Source of the DNA: Gammaproteobacteria bacterium
Lineage (GTDB): Bacteria; Pseudomonadota; Gammaproteobacteria; UBA4575
Reading direction: 5' to 3'
Assembly: GCA_029253965.1 (NCBI GenBank)
Contig: JAQWYM010000038.1
Location: forward strand, 914 to 64,913
DNA length: 64,000 bases
Below the pieces are notes generated by a model. It was given only the letters and a program-made list of their open reading frames with translations, did no database searches and was not told where the DNA came from. The first letter of the stretch is position 1; each line of letters opens with the position of its first letter. The position numbers and the translations under genes are program-made. This document shows, in pieces, positions 44,306-54,753 of this stretch.

Positions 44306-46120
44306 TCATGCGTTCAATATAGATGAAAAAATTGAGTAGTATTTATCTAGTTTTTTCTCGCCAACGCCATTTATCTTTAGGAACTCAGCTTCATTTTTTG
44401 GCTTGATTGATGCGATTTCATAAAGTGTTCTATCATTGAATATTACAAAAGCTGGAACACCTTCCTGTCGTGCTACCTGTAATCTAATGTTTTTAAGTTC
44501 CTGTAGTAGGTGTAGGCTATGTTTATCAAGTTCATTTTTCGCTGCATTATTTTCTACATAGACCCTCTTTTTCGGCTCTTTTTGATGTTCATCAGCTCTT
44601 GCCATGAAGGCTCTTTCACCACTAATAATGGCATGGCATGTTTCTTTAATTTCTATTGCACCATATTTTTCTAGATTGACTCGAAGTAAGTCAAAAGCGA
44701 TCATTTGGCGTATTAAGGTTTGTAGCAATGGTTTCGAATACTTTGCAGCGGTGCCAAAACTTTTTATCAAATGATGTGATCGAGTTTTTATCTTTTCATT
44801 TTCAGAGCCCCTAAGTACATCAATAATATGCACTACGCCAAAGCTTTGACCTGTCTCTCTTATGCTCATGATGATGGACCTTGCAACCTCTGAATAATCC
44901 TCCACTTTGGGTGGATTGATACAATTGTCACAATTACCACAGGGCTTTGATTCTTCATCAAAATACGATAAAAGTGCCAATCTGCGACAAGAGCTTGTTT
45001 CACAATAACCGACTAATGCCTGTAATCTCTTATATTCCAAGAGTTTAAATCGTTCACTACTGCTACTCTCAAATATCATCTTTTGGCGTTTTATTAGGTC
45101 TTGTAAACCATAGTACATCAGTGTTTCTGAATCATGACCGTCACGTCCAGCACGTCCTATTTCTTGATAAAAGGCCTCAATACTCGATGGTAAGCCAACA
45201 TGTATCACATATCGTACGTCTGGTTTGTCTATGCCCATGCCAAAAGCAATTGTGGCTGACATAACCACATTTTTTTCAGTCATGAATTTGTCTTGGGCAT
45301 TCTTTCTGTATTCAGGAGATTTTCCTGCATGATAGGCAACGGCATTAAAGCCATTTTGTTGCAATAAGTTAGCTACTTCTTCAGTCTCTTTTCTTGATAA
45401 GCAGTATATGATTCCACTTAAATCTTTCTTTGGCTCTAGGTATTCAAGCAATTTGTTTTTAAATCCAGATTTTGCTTCCACCGCTAGTGATAAGTTAGGC
45501 CTATCGAATCCAGTTAAGGTGACATCACATTCTTTGTTGAAAAGATTGGTGCAAATATCAGCACGTGTAGCCTTATCTGCAGTGGCTGTAAATGCTGCAA
45601 GTCTAGCTACTGGGAAATGTGTCTTTAACTCGGATAAAGCCTCATAAGCGGGTCTAAAATCTGCCCCCCATTTTGAAATACAGTGGGCTTCATCAACAAC
45701 AAACATACCAACATTCATTTTTTGTAATGAAGTTATCATGCGCTCTGTCATTAAGCGCTCAGGGCTCAGATATAAAATCTTTGATTTCTTAGAAGAGAAA
45801 CGTTTCCACTCTTTCACATTGTCTGCATATGATTGAGCTGAATGTATTTTGCTAACCTCAATGCCACTTTGTTCTAGGCTAGCCGCTTGATCATTAATTA
45901 AAGCGACTAACGGCGAGATAATAATCGTTGATGTGTCTGATAAAACAGCGGGTAGTTGATAGCATAATGATTTACCAGAGCCTGTAGGCATGACCACTAG
46001 AACAGGTATGCCAGAAAGTATTTTTTCTATGACAGGTAACTGTTCATGTCTGAAACTGTCATAACCAAAATATCTCTTTAATTCGACTTTAAGTTGCTCT
46101 TCATTATGGCTGCTCTGCAT
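44306..46120 (-). CDS. recQ: ATP-dependent DNA helicase RecQ
   Basis: FGYDSFR..Q, MPTGSGKSLCYQLP, DEAHCISKWG.DFRP, the zinc-binding Cys cluster (CRR...C.NCDNC) and a C-terminal HRDC domain. Confidence 0.93.
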   Translation of the reverse strand: MQSSHNEEQLKVELKRYFGYDSFRHEQLPVIEKILSGIPVLVVMPTGSGKSLCYQLPAVLSDTSTIIISPLVALINDQAASLEQSGIEVSKIHSAQSYADNVKEWKRFSSKKSKILYLSPERLMTERMITSLQKMNVGMFVVDEAHCISKWGADFRPAYEALSELKTHFPVARLAAFTATADKATRADICTNLFNKECDVTLTGFDRPNLSLAVEAKSGFKNKLLEYLEPKKDLSGIIYCLSRKETEEVANLLQQNGFNAVAYHAGKSPEYRKNAQDKFMTEKNVVMSATIAFGMGIDKPDVRYVIHVGLPSSIEAFYQEIGRAGRDGHDSETLMYYGLQDLIKRQKMIFESSSSERFKLLEYKRLQALVGYCETSSCRRLALLSYFDEESKPCGNCDNCINPPKVEDYSEVARSIIMSIRETGQSFGVVHIIDVLRGSENEKIKTRSHHLIKSFGTAAKYSKPLLQTLIRQMIAFDLLRVNLEKYGAIEIKETCHAIISGERAFMARADEHQKEPKKRVYVENNAAKNELDKHSLHLLQELKNIRLQVARQEGVPAFVIFNDRTLYEIASIKPKNEAEFLKINGVGEKKLDKYYSIFSSILNA

Positions 46121-46286
46121 TAGTTCTGATCACATGTAAATCTGTTGGTACGAAGAGGCTAAAGTACAACTAGCATCACTGATGGTATTTTGATCATGCC
46201 TATGATCACTTTGCAGGTTTATTGTCTCACAGTTGAATGCGTCAGCCTGTTATTATGCCCGATTGTTTTGGCACAAAAGGGTAGCT

Positions 46287-48023
46287 ATGGAAAAGACGCT
46301 TATCAAGGGTAAAGATAGAGATTTAGAGTCAAGTATTGCCTTTATGCTTGAACAATTGGCATCGCTGGGATTTCACATTGAAGAAGTCTCCTGGCTTAAT
46401 CCTGTTGACGATGTCTACTCGGTCCATATCCGTGATAAAAACTGTCACGCCTTATTCACGAATGGCAAAGGTAGCTCAAAAAAAGCCTGTTTAGCCAGTG
46501 CCTTAGGTGAGTTTTTTGAACGTCTAAGCTGTAATTACTTTTTTGCTGACTATTACTTGGGTGCTGCTATTTCAAAGCAAACTTTTGTTCATTATCCAAC
46601 TGAGCAATGGTTTCAAGTGACTGCCAATCAACGACCAGAAGGCTTAATGAATGAGGCCTTGTGGGCTTATTTTGATGCAGAAGGTAGTTTGGACCCGGCG
46701 AGTCTATTTGATATTAATTCTGGGGTTGGTGAGCGTGGTATCTGTGCGATACCTTTCCTGCAACTATCGAGTCAAAAGATCTGCCATATCCCCGTTAACG
46801 TGATTGCAAATATCTTTGTTAGTAATGGGATGTCAGCGGGTAATACCTTGGCTGAGGCTAAGGTACAGGCCTTGTCAGAGATATGTGAACGCTACGTTAA
46901 GCATCGAGTCATCTCTGAAGGTTTATGTCTGCCAGATATACCACAGGCAGTGATTGAGCGTTTTCCTAAGACTGCCGCCTCGATTCGAGCAATTCAGGAC
47001 TATGGTTACCACCTTAAGGTTGCTGACGCCTCTCTGAACGGCGTTTACCCTGTGGTCAGTGTCACCTTGATCAATCCTAAAGATGGCTCTGTGTTCGTTT
47101 CATTCGGCGCTCACCCCTGTTTTGAGGTGGCTTTAGAGCGCACAGTGACTGAGTTACTGCAAGGACGTGAACTCAATCAGATGGATGTCTTTCAAGCTCC
47201 CATCTTTGACTTGGAAGCTGTTGCCTCAGCACAGAACATTGAAATGCATTTTATTGACTCTAGTGGCGACATCTCGAATGATTTTTTCCGTTCAAAGCCA
47301 GATTATGAGCATTCTGAGTGGAATACTGAGGCCTCAACAGATGAGGAATATCAGATGTTAACTGCGCTTATACATAAACAAGGCTATGAAATATATTGTG
47401 CAGAATATAGCCATTTAGGTCTGCCAGCATGTCGGATCTTAGTCCCTGGCATGTCGGATATTTATCCTGTTGATGAACTGCTTTGGGAAAACAATAATGA
47501 AGGCGCTATCTTTCGAAAATCGCTGCTTAATCTTAAAAAAGGCTGTGCTAATGAGTGGCAGACTTTGCTCGATGCTTTAGAAGAGGGGAGCTATAACGAT
47601 CAGATGCTGGTTGCACAGTTTATTGGATTACTACCAGACATGGGCAGCCGCTGGGCAAAATTACGTCTTGGTGAGATTAAGGCGATGTTATCTCTAGCGT
47701 TACAAAAAGAAGATGCTTTAGACTGGGTTGACTGGTGTTTGGCCCTGGAAGAGTTAACTGAAGAGGAGCTTAAGCACTACCGTTGCGTGAAGGCTTTATT
47801 AGAAATCAAATGGCATAACGATCGAGACTATACTAATTATATGGATGGACTTACCCTTTTATACAGTCAAGAAACTGTAGAGAAGGCGATGGCAGTGGTG
47901 CAGGGCAAGAGTCAGTTTGAAGGGCTATCTGACCCGAGTTTAGCGCTTAAAGGTATGCAGCAGCATAAGTTGCTATTAAAGGCTTATTCAAAGTTAATTG
48001 ATTTGAAAAGTACTATTCAATAA
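46287..48023 (+). CDS. ycaO: YcaO-family protein (E. coli YcaO-like, standalone)
   Basis: GKG.S...C.ASALGEFFERLS, SNGMSAGNT..EA..QALSEI.ER, length of about 580 aa as in E. coli YcaO. I prefer the ATG at 46287. Confidence 0.78.
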   Translation: MEKTLIKGKDRDLESSIAFMLEQLASLGFHIEEVSWLNPVDDVYSVHIRDKNCHALFTNGKGSSKKACLASALGEFFERLSCNYFFADYYLGAAISKQTFVHYPTEQWFQVTANQRPEGLMNEALWAYFDAEGSLDPASLFDINSGVGERGICAIPFLQLSSQKICHIPVNVIANIFVSNGMSAGNTLAEAKVQALSEICERYVKHRVISEGLCLPDIPQAVIERFPKTAASIRAIQDYGYHLKVADASLNGVYPVVSVTLINPKDGSVFVSFGAHPCFEVALERTVTELLQGRELNQMDVFQAPIFDLEAVASAQNIEMHFIDSSGDISNDFFRSKPDYEHSEWNTEASTDEEYQMLTALIHKQGYEIYCAEYSHLGLPACRILVPGMSDIYPVDELLWENNNEGAIFRKSLLNLKKGCANEWQTLLDALEEGSYNDQMLVAQFIGLLPDMGSRWAKLRLGEIKAMLSLALQKEDALDWVDWCLALEELTEEELKHYRCVKALLEIKWHNDRDYTNYMDGLTLLYSQETVEKAMAVVQGKSQFEGLSDPSLALKGMQQHKLLLKAYSKLIDLKSTIQ

Positions 48024-48141
48024 GAATAATACATAGCCCAATACATGAAACAAAAGATTTTAATAGGTAAAAAGCATGCCCCGTAAGTTATTGGTATTCA
48101 TGTATAGTAGCGACGCTTAATACGAATGAAATGATAATGAT

Positions 48142-48483
48142 ATGAAAAACACAGATGACATTAAGTTGGATGCAAAGATACCAGCAGATCACCGCCTAGT
48201 TGAAATAACAGATGACTCTGTTGAGCTTTATAAAATACTAAAGTTCGAAGGTATGGCCAGCAGTGGGGGAGAGGCAAAGGCGTTGATAGCATCAGGTCAG
48301 GTGATAGTGAATCATGGCGTTGAAAGACAGAAACGAAAAAGGATTGTGCCTGGTGATGTAATCGAGTTTGATAATGATAAGATTTATATTCAACTAAAGA
48401 CGATTGTGACAAATGATATCGCCAGCAAACCAGAGTGTGCAGAATCAAGCTTAGAAGATAAGCTAGGAAAGGAATCTTCCTAG
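48142..48483 (+). CDS. S4-domain RNA-binding protein (YbcJ-like) with a C-terminal extension
   Basis: VELYKILKFEGMASSGGEAKALIASGQVIVNHGVERQKRKRIVPGDVIEF aligns with E. coli YbcJ. Confidence 0.7.
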   Translation: MKNTDDIKLDAKIPADHRLVEITDDSVELYKILKFEGMASSGGEAKALIASGQVIVNHGVERQKRKRIVPGDVIEFDNDKIYIQLKTIVTNDIASKPECAESSLEDKLGKESS

Positions 48484-48533
48484 ATTATCACTGATAAACC
48501 AAGTATTAATGTGCAGATAAAGGAATAGAAAAA

Positions 48534-49058
48534 GTGAGAGCTAATGATTGTCTAAGACGAGTACGTTACATTCTTGATTTGAGTGATGACCAAATGATTG
48601 CAGTATTCTCTGAAGCTGAAAAAGATGTTACACGAGCACAAGTAAGTGCATGGTTAAAGCAGGAAGAAGACTCTGATTATGAGGAGTGTAAGGATGTTGT
48701 TTTTGCAACTTTTCTAAACGGTCTGATTAATACATTACGGGGTAAAAAAGAGGGGGCTCAGGCACTGCCAGAAGAAAGGCTGAACAACAATTTAATTTTT
48801 AGGAAACTGAAAATAGCTTTCGATTTGCAGGCGGATGAAATCTTATCTTTGCTAGCAAAAGTAGACCTAACAATAAGTAAGCATGAGTTATCAGCATTCT
48901 TTAGGAAGGCAGGTCATAAACACTATCGTGAATGTAAAGATCAAATATTACGAAATTTTCTAATGGCGCTGCAGATTCAGTATCGAAATGATGAGAAAGA
49001 TCAGGATGATCAAGAAGGGAAGTCAGATAATACCTCAGCTGATGAAATCAACAAATAA
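48534..49058 (+). CDS. DUF1456 protein (YehS-like)
   Basis: GTG start. Duplicated motif N..LRRVRYILDL.D..M..F / N.IFRKLKIAFDL..DE....L, typical of YehS. Confidence 0.65.
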   Translation: MRANDCLRRVRYILDLSDDQMIAVFSEAEKDVTRAQVSAWLKQEEDSDYEECKDVVFATFLNGLINTLRGKKEGAQALPEERLNNNLIFRKLKIAFDLQADEILSLLAKVDLTISKHELSAFFRKAGHKHYRECKDQILRNFLMALQIQYRNDEKDQDDQEGKSDNTSADEINK

Positions 49059-49521
49059 GTTAATGGCGAAAGGGGATCTATTTTTGTTTTGATCTTAAGT
49101 CAACATGCATAAAAAGCCTTGTGCTTTAATGGAATGAATTCACTCTCAACTGCCACAATAAAAGACAAGTTACTAAGTATGATCCACCAATAATACAGTC
49201 TTAATAGACACATCAATAACGCTTATAAATGAGCAAGAAAAAATTATTAGAATAACGCTTCATTATACTAAGGTGATGACTTTCACCGTTGTATTCATCT
49301 CTAGATATAAACAGCGCTCTCTCGACATCAAAACATACGAAACTAAATTTAATATCCGACGAATTTTTTTATTAAGCATTCTTCGTAGATTATTTAGTGT
49401 CTCCATGCTCTTCTAATTGGATTTATGTGGTAGTGCTGCAATTCATTTAAATAATTAATAGTTGTAAAAATTATCTAGTGGGCTATTATATTTATGCTCC
49501 CTTGCTAGGTTGTCGATTAAA

Positions 49522-50943
49522 ATGCAGTTAAAAATAATATTGTTTGTAGTAATAATGTCTTTGATGCAGAAATTAAGTCTTGCTAGTGAATCAGCAGATT
49601 GTCCTATTGATGCGCAATGGCTGTTTAATCCTGCGTTACCTGATGACGTGAAAAATGACCTGTACCCAGATAAAACTTTTGATTTTTGTGGTTTCTATCA
49701 GTTTTCAACACAAGCTTTTCTATATTTAATGTCACCTTCTGATGACAATAATCATCGTAATTTTCTATCTGATAGACTATATCCGTTATTGGAATCTTAT
49801 ACTGATGGAAGTCCTGCTGACTCTTGCAATAATTATAGTGATGGCATTTCAATTCGTACGAGCCTGAATAAAAATGATTTATCTATAAAACAGGCGGGTC
49901 ATGGCTCTACAATATATGCTCAAGATGGCAATGTGATTTACTATAATGTTAGGTTTGGTAAATCTCTATGCAACTTGACTGCTAAAGCAGAGGAAATGAA
50001 ACAGCAGAAAATAAATAACTTCCCTCCTGGCAGTATAGAATTAAAAATGGCATGGAAAAAACTTTCTAGTGATGAACAAAGTTCTAGGAGATTCATCACT
50101 CAAGAACATTTTATTGAAGGCGAAATTGTCCAACTTGGTCTTGTTGGTTTTCATATTGCTATTGCAACTAAAGATCATCCGGAATTCATTTGGTCGAGCT
50201 ATGAACACAGAAGTAATTCACCGAATTGCTCGGCTAACAATGAGGCCAATGAATGGACATTTGCTAATGCAGAATGTACTCAAAAATTGCCTGAATCAGC
50301 TGAGATTAACAACAACTGTTCTTTCAACCAACCCAGTAATCACAGTTCTTTAACAACAGGTAGTCCAACCAATATCTGTCGTGTGTTTGTAAGTGGGACA
50401 GGGGTTGGTGATTTCAGAGATAAAGTAAATATTGCTATTATCGACCAACAGAATAAAGAGTTATTCCAATTACTCAGTAGCCCTGACGTTGATCCTAGAA
50501 TGAAGCCGCTGATGAACTACTTCAATGTGGGTGCAATCTGGGTTGGTAAGATATCGAATAATAGTTCTGTGCAAAATCAGCGCGGATCATTACGATTGGC
50601 TAGCTCCGTTTCTGAAGCTGATTTCCAAAATATAGACATTACAAAAAAAGGTTTTGTCAGTAATTGTTTCGGTTGTCATAACTTTAATGGTACTCATGAA
50701 GTAATCAGTAATAATATTAGTTCTCATAACCTCAGTCATATTTTTAAAGAAATAAAAGTAGGTCAGGGTGAGGATATTGATATTACCGCTAAAACTGCCA
50801 TTCATAGTGATTTAGAAGCAAAAAGTATTTGTAAAATGACCTGTAAATCAAAAGCCAACTATCTGGCATGGAACGGAGATTGGAATAGTAGCAATTCAAC
50901 TGCTGGTTCTGTTTGTGGCTGCACTTTAATGAAAATTAATTAA
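49522..50943 (+). CDS. Secreted Cys-rich hypothetical protein with a single CXXCH motif
   Basis: Signal peptide MQLKIILFVVIMSLMQKLSLASE. CFGCH at about aa 385 of the ORF-track protein. C-terminal CKMTC..WNGDW..SVCGC module. AT-rich flanks. Confidence 0.5.
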   Translation: MQLKIILFVVIMSLMQKLSLASESADCPIDAQWLFNPALPDDVKNDLYPDKTFDFCGFYQFSTQAFLYLMSPSDDNNHRNFLSDRLYPLLESYTDGSPADSCNNYSDGISIRTSLNKNDLSIKQAGHGSTIYAQDGNVIYYNVRFGKSLCNLTAKAEEMKQQKINNFPPGSIELKMAWKKLSSDEQSSRRFITQEHFIEGEIVQLGLVGFHIAIATKDHPEFIWSSYEHRSNSPNCSANNEANEWTFANAECTQKLPESAEINNNCSFNQPSNHSSLTTGSPTNICRVFVSGTGVGDFRDKVNIAIIDQQNKELFQLLSSPDVDPRMKPLMNYFNVGAIWVGKISNNSSVQNQRGSLRLASSVSEADFQNIDITKKGFVSNCFGCHNFNGTHEVISNNISSHNLSHIFKEIKVGQGEDIDITAKTAIHSDLEAKSICKMTCKSKANYLAWNGDWNSSNSTAGSVCGCTLMKIN

Positions 50944-51436
50944 CGTGGTGATTCAACATTATTAACCCTGTTGCTTGTAATGCAAGACTCAATTATCTGA
51001 TACATGCCTGCACTGATGAAACTGCAGCACCATATACATTCAATAGTGATGAGGTCGGATAATTAATTTTTATGAGATGGTGCGTAATAATGCCATCTCT
51101 TATAGTGCTTAAGTCAGTCATTAATCCAACTAATACTCAACTAGAGGCATTATGATGACTGACTGTTTTATTTATTATCAGCATAATGATAATAAAGGTT
51201 AGAGAGACCATGCCTATATATGCTCGCACTTCTTCGTTTGTAGCACAATAAAGCCACACTCATAGGCTGTCAAAAACATATAAAATAAGTGCAGTAAAAT
51301 TTTCTTTTCAATACAGTTTAATACCTGGTTATCGAAACCTTGAGATTTGTAATGTAATTTTTATGCGGTTTTTTTTATGTCATTCGCTTTTAATATGGAT
51401 GACTATTCTACCTATGCTCTATTGAATTGCTCTCAA

Positions 51437-52675
51437 TTAGTTAACCTTAGCTTGACGATAGCCGCCCATAGATGGAATCACAGCAATTAGGAGTGAGGCA
51501 CTGATTAACGCTAAAAATACGTAGAAACTACTTTGAGTTAGCAGTTTAATCTCTATATATAGTCCATAGTCTGAAACAAGATAATCACGGAAGAGTAATA
51601 AACAGAGCGCTAAGAAGACCCCGCCAATAATACAGCTCAATACAGTAATCAGTAAGGCTTCTAATTGAATAAGAAAGAACAAGAAGTAGGGTGGCGCACC
51701 AATGACACGAAGTAACTGAATTTCTCCATTTCGTTCACGAATTGATGAAAGCAGCATCGCACATACTCCCAAGCAAGCGGCGATAAAAACCAAGGTCGAC
51801 ACTAACAATAAGATGTTTTCCAAAAGGCTCATCATCTGCCAGAGCTCAGATAAGGCGACCCCTGGAAGTATCGCCATCAAAGGTTCATCTGCATAGTTAT
51901 TGATTGCTCTATGAATTCGAAATGTTGTCACTTTTGATTTCAGTCCAAGCATGATTGCAGTAATGCTCTTTGGTTGTAAGGTGATGTCTTCACGCGCTGC
52001 TTTTAATGTATCACTTCCCGATGTTTTAGTGTCCTGTTGCCAGTTGCTATGGATCGCTTCTATAGCCTGCAGACTCACATGTAAGGTCTGATCAACGGGT
52101 GTGCCAGTAGCTGCAATAATGCCGACCACGCTAAATGGCCTATTCTTATGCAGGCTGAAGCTGGTAGCTGCAATGCCGTGAGCCAATATCAGTTCATCAC
52201 CTATTTGGTAGCCTAGTTTTTCTGCAACTTCTGAACCGAGTACGACATCAAAAATATTCTCAAACTTTCTCCCTGAGCTGAAAACTAAAGACTGTTGCCT
52301 GCCATAGCTAAAATACTCAAAGTAATCTTCGCTTGTACCCAGCACACGATAACCCTTGTGTGAATCCCCCAAAGAAATTGGAATAGTCCATTTCACATGG
52401 CTATTATCTGCAATGGATTGGTAGGTATCCCAATGGATATTATTAGTCGGAGAGCCGATCCTAAAAACAGAATACATAAGTAAATTAATGCGGCTTGTTC
52501 GTGCACCAACAATTAGATCTACACCTGAGACAGATCGGGAAAAACTTTCTTTGGCTTGATGACGAATATGTTCAACACCTAAAAAGATAAAGATGCTGAC
52601 GCTCATGGCTAAAACTGCAAGCGCTACTGAGCCTTTTCGGTCTAGCAAGCTTTGCAGGGCAAGTTTGCTAAACAT
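51437..52675 (-). CDS. ABC transporter permease, FtsX/MacB-like (ZrgC-like)
   Basis: N-terminal TM, a large periplasmic loop and three C-terminal TM helices (FtsX topology). The ATG at 52675 overlaps the ATPase stop (ATGTTTAG). Confidence 0.7.
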   Translation of the reverse strand: MFSKLALQSLLDRKGSVALAVLAMSVSIFIFLGVEHIRHQAKESFSRSVSGVDLIVGARTSRINLLMYSVFRIGSPTNNIHWDTYQSIADNSHVKWTIPISLGDSHKGYRVLGTSEDYFEYFSYGRQQSLVFSSGRKFENIFDVVLGSEVAEKLGYQIGDELILAHGIAATSFSLHKNRPFSVVGIIAATGTPVDQTLHVSLQAIEAIHSNWQQDTKTSGSDTLKAAREDITLQPKSITAIMLGLKSKVTTFRIHRAINNYADEPLMAILPGVALSELWQMMSLLENILLLVSTLVFIAACLGVCAMLLSSIRERNGEIQLLRVIGAPPYFLFFLIQLEALLITVLSCIIGGVFLALCLLLFRDYLVSDYGLYIEIKLLTQSSFYVFLALISASLLIAVIPSMGGYRQAKVN

Positions 52676-53351
52676 TATGCTGGGCCCCGTGATTGATGTC
52701 AGATAAAGACTCAATCTTATTGAAATACTGGGAGAGTGATAAGTCATGGCTGACAAACACACAAGTAATACCATTAGCTGCAACGATTGACATCAATAAG
52801 GCCATAAAGGTGTCTCTATTAGCAGAGTCTAGTGATGAGGTTGGTTCATCAGCTATGAGTAGTTGTGGCTTATTAACGAGTGCACGCGCAATGGCGACGC
52901 GTTGTTGCTGTCCGATACTCAGGTTGCGAACCGGATTATGCCAGTCATTTTCGCTAATATTCAAAGACTGAAGTAGGTGCTTTATTTCATCATTCGATAC
53001 GGATTTATGTTTTTGCTGGGCAAATTTATTTGCTAGCCGTGTATTGTCGATGGCATTCAGATAGGGGATTAAATTAAACTGCTGAAAGACATAACCAATA
53101 TGGTTAGCTCGAAAGTTATCCCGTCTGCGACTGTTCATCTGGCTTAGGCGCTGGCCAAGAATATCAATGTGTCCTTCAGTAGGTTGAATTAGGCCGCTGA
53201 GTAGATTTAAGAAGGTTGATTTACCACCACCAGAGGGGCCATGAACAAACACCTGCTTGCCTGTAGGTACACTCCATGAAGGTATATTCAGCACAGTTTT
53301 ATCGGGCTGTTTAGGGTAGTGAAAACTAATATTTGTCAGCTCAATAGCCAT
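52668..53351 (-). CDS. ABC transporter ATP-binding protein (ZrgB-like)
   Basis: Walker A GPSGGGKST, Q-loop, signature LSIGQQQR, Walker B LLIADEPT and the H-loop. Confidence 0.88.
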   Translation of the reverse strand: MAIELTNISFHYPKQPDKTVLNIPSWSVPTGKQVFVHGPSGGGKSTFLNLLSGLIQPTEGHIDILGQRLSQMNSRRRDNFRANHIGYVFQQFNLIPYLNAIDNTRLANKFAQQKHKSVSNDEIKHLLQSLNISENDWHNPVRNLSIGQQQRVAIARALVNKPQLLIADEPTSSLDSANRDTFMALLMSIVAANGITCVFVSHDLSLSQYFNKIESLSDINHGAQHNV

Positions 53352-53396
53352 TGTGTTCCTTCATGCTAGCTCGTCTTATGTTACCTGTTAGGCCTT

Positions 53397-53419
53397 GAAA
53401 TGATACAATGTAACATCGT
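53397..53419. promoter_or_regulatory. Zur-box-like site in the divergent promoter
   Basis: GAAATGATACAATGTAACATCGT compared with the consensus GAAATGTTATAnTATAACATTTC. Lies between the ABC ATPase gene and the DUF3299-like gene. Confidence 0.5.
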
Positions 53420-53450
53420 TGACTAAAACCAGTTATTTTGATTAGGCCTG

Positions 53451-54122
53451 ATGAGAACTAAACGACTACTATTAAATTTTTTGCTGCTGAGCATTACCAT
53501 GCTGCCACTATGGGCTTCTGATAATCTGCCTAGTGACGAACTTAATAACAAGCTAAAAGCAGATGAGAGTACGCCGCAAGCAGACCTGAGGCTGGAATCA
53601 GCCTCATTACCTATAGCTGAATTTAAAACAGTAGAGTGGACAGACCTAATACCCGAAGAAGATCTTGATGCGTTGCTCAACCCTCCCAGTTATCTAGATG
53701 ATATCGAAGATGGTTCCTTCGAGGACTTTTCCTTCGAGGATCAAATCAGCGCTCAAATTCAAAACAGCCTTGCTGCAGCCAATGACGATAGTTATCAGCT
53801 GGCATTATCATCAACACGAGTTATCGAAGCTATGGATGGTCAAGCCATTCGCATTGCTGGTTTCATTGTGCCGCTAGAATTTGATGATGAGCAAACCATC
53901 ACACAGTTTTTCTTGGTACCATTTTTTGGTGCTTGTATTCATGTACCGCCACCGCCACCCAATCAAATTATTTTTGTGAATTATCCGCAAGGATTAAAAC
54001 AAGATTCTTTATACGATCCGTTTTGGATTTCAGGGGTTTTGAATACGTCACTAGTTGAAAACGATATGGCAATGGCTGCCTATAGTATGCAAATGCAATC
54101 ATACGAAGTTTACACAGACTAG
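53451..54122 (+). CDS. Periplasmic DUF3299-like protein (ZrgD-like)
   Basis: Signal peptide. GFIVPLE.D......FFLVP..GACIHVPPPPPNQ motif. Confidence 0.55.
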   Translation: MRTKRLLLNFLLLSITMLPLWASDNLPSDELNNKLKADESTPQADLRLESASLPIAEFKTVEWTDLIPEEDLDALLNPPSYLDDIEDGSFEDFSFEDQISAQIQNSLAAANDDSYQLALSSTRVIEAMDGQAIRIAGFIVPLEFDDEQTITQFFLVPFFGACIHVPPPPPNQIIFVNYPQGLKQDSLYDPFWISGVLNTSLVENDMAMAAYSMQMQSYEVYTD

Positions 54123-54235
54123 ATTCTAATCGATAGCATCGCTATAGGGCAGGGAAGACTTGCCTGAGTTGTCGATAGCGGCATAGGTTGATAGCAGGCG
54201 CTGCTAGGCTGCCTAATGATAAAGACGCTGTCTGT

Positions 54236-54664
54236 CTATGATGCGTCGCTGTACTCATCAGTGGTGCAGCCGCAGTCTTTATGACTCGGTGTCTGGCAAA
54301 GACGGTAATTAAACCAGTGCCCAATGACAATGCAAGCGGAACCGATAACAGTCATTATTTTTTCACCAGACTCTCCAATTTGCTCTTCACCCAGCAGCAG
54401 CGCTAACACCAGTAGTGTGACTCCAGTAAAGCCCAAAATAAGCAATTGATAACGTTTGTGTTGCTTGCAGCCTAGGCTTAACGCATAAGCACTGCTTGGG
54501 ATTACGGCGATAACCATCCACAGATGAAACGCCTCATTATCAAGCTGTAAGGCCGCCATGCTCGGTAATAACACCAGTAGTATGGGCAACAGCAGGCAAT
54601 GAATAGCGCAAGCGAGCGATAAGCCAATGGCTAATTTATCAGTCAATACTTGTGTGGTCTTCAT
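54236..54664 (-). CDS. MerC-like small 4-TM membrane protein (paralogue of 31056-31481) with a Cys-rich C-terminal tail
   Basis: ATG at 54664. KLAIGLSLACAIHCLLLP, GHWFN, tail CQTPSHKDCGC. Confidence 0.5.
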   Translation of the reverse strand: MKTTQVLTDKLAIGLSLACAIHCLLLPILLVLLPSMAALQLDNEAFHLWMVIAVIPSSAYALSLGCKQHKRYQLLILGFTGVTLLVLALLLGEEQIGESGEKIMTVIGSACIVIGHWFNYRLCQTPSHKDCGCTTDEYSDAS

Positions 54665-54753
54665 GCCATGCTTTTCCAATTACTAAGGCACTTGGCTAGG
54701 GTGACGTTGTCAACTGTCTGAGTCTTTCTATTAGTGTGTGTCATCAAACAGAC

